NCBI GenBank assembly: GCA_003971905.1
Contig: RSEE01000009.1
Location: forward strand, 434,001 to 498,000
DNA: 64,000 nt
Direction of reading: 5' to 3'
Source: Moniliella sp. 'wahieum'
Lineage: Eukaryota
The notes under the pieces were generated by a model. It was given only the letters and a program-made list of their open reading frames with translations, did not search any database and was not told the DNA's origin. How positions within the stretch are numbered: position 1 is the first letter of the stretch; each line of letters starts with the position of its first letter. Below are positions 63,142 to 64,000 of the stretch, one piece after another. A program made the position numbers and the translations under genes.

Positions 63142-63921
63142 TCAGACGCTGGCCAGGGGTGGGCTCAACGAACTCAGCACTCTTGACCTTGGCACCGAGG
63201 TCCTCAGCGCCCACAACGTTGGCTGCACCGCCGTGGAGCTCAACAAGGCGCGAAACGTCAAACTTGGGCTCTTGATGATCTTGACCTTGTGCACGAACAC
63301 ATCCTTCAGAGGGTAGATGCCACGGGTCGACTTCTCAATCTCGCGACCAATGACCTCCGGAATGAGCTTCTGGACCAGCTCCTTGATGTCGCAGGTCTCA
63401 ATCTCGCGCTTGATGATCTGGAACATCTTTTGCCGGATGGCGCGCACCTGGGCCGACTGGGCGTAGGTCGTCTTGGACACGCTGTTGGAGCGGCGCTTGG
63501 TGAAGGCAATGACAAACAGACGAACAACGTAACCATCCGTCAGCTTCACGTCCTGGTGCGCCTCAATCGTGGTCTGCCACTTGCGAACGAGCGAGCGGAT
63601 CTTGTCCGTCGTGAAGTTCATCGAGTGGAAGTTGGTCAGGCACGAGCGGCCCTGAACCTCGTCGACACGCAGCGAGAACTTGCGGAAGGATTGCTCCTCG
63701 TCCTTGTTCAGGTCAGCGAGCGAGGCCTCGACAATGCGGCCCTTGAGCGAGTCATTGGCGTTCACCAGACCCTGGGATTTGTTCACGATAGTCTTGCCAA
63801 CAGTGCGGTTGTCGAAGAAAGTAGGCGCCCGGATGTCGTGCCACACCTTGCGCGACATGGGGTCGACCGTCTTCTTCTTCATGCCCTTCTTGCCGAGCTT
63901 CTTGTTCTTGCCGATCGCCAT
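63142..63921 (-). CDS. RPS1: 40S ribosomal protein eS1 (S3a)
   Basis: MAIGKNKKL...[20 protein letters not shown]...[29 protein letters not shown]. The true C-terminus is probably [12 protein letters not shown]...EFVEPTPLASV after correcting C-run deletions. Confidence 0.96.
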   Translation of the reverse strand: MAIGKNKKLGKKGMKKKTVDPMSRKVWHDIRAPTFFDNRTVGKTIVNKSQGLVNANDSLKGRIVEASLADLNKDEEQSFRKFSLRVDEVQGRSCLTNFHSMNFTTDKIRSLVRKWQTTIEAHQDVKLTDGYVVRLFVIAFTKRRSNSVSKTTYAQSAQVRAIRQKMFQIIKREIETCDIKELVQKLIPEVIGREIEKSTRGIYPLKDVFVHKVKIIKSPSLTFRALLSSTAVQPTLWALRTSVPRSRVLSSLSPPLASV

Positions 63922-64000
63922 CTTGAAAGACTGTCCGGGAACACTGCGCGAGGGGAGGTTAGCACTATTCCGTCTCGTTGGATGGGGCCGTCAGCGGGAG

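Noticed and set aside
8792..63921. Mass pseudogenisation or programmed frameshifting
   Set aside because: Breaks hit essential housekeeping genes, are mostly single-base losses often in homopolymers, and leave protein conservation intact. Sequencing error is far more likely.

Overview
GC-rich, intron-poor fungal genomic DNA. It looks basidiomycete, possibly Ustilaginomycotina (inference from gene set, GTACGT/GTGAGT donors and CTRAC branch sites). The assembly carries many single-base indels, so nearly every gene, including essential ones, is split across frames and boundaries are approximate. Genes in order: a giant acidic E/A/P/V/T/K tandem-repeat protein (5' end outside the window), a putative PP1-docking protein, NC2-beta, a beta-carbonic anhydrase with a possible signal peptide, an ISWI remodeller, a ModF-like soluble ABC ATPase, a membrane-anchored hypothetical protein, a SEL1-repeat Chs4/Skt5-like protein, an orphan zinc-finger/coiled-coil protein, casein kinase I, a histidine acid phosphatase/phytase, a hypothetical coiled-coil protein, an Ngr1/Nam8-like RRM protein, Grr1, a DHA1 MFS transporter, ADE13, CCT4 and RPS1. 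The most striking unexplained signal is non-coding. Intergenic DNA, mostly on the promoter side of genes, holds many 7-bp-period arrays obeying one rule: (T-N-A + palindromic 4-mer)n. All four N and 13 of the 16 possible palindromic 4-mers are used, and the 4-mer switches within a single array while the 7-bp register is kept. This suggests a process that writes these arrays locally rather than a single repeat family.
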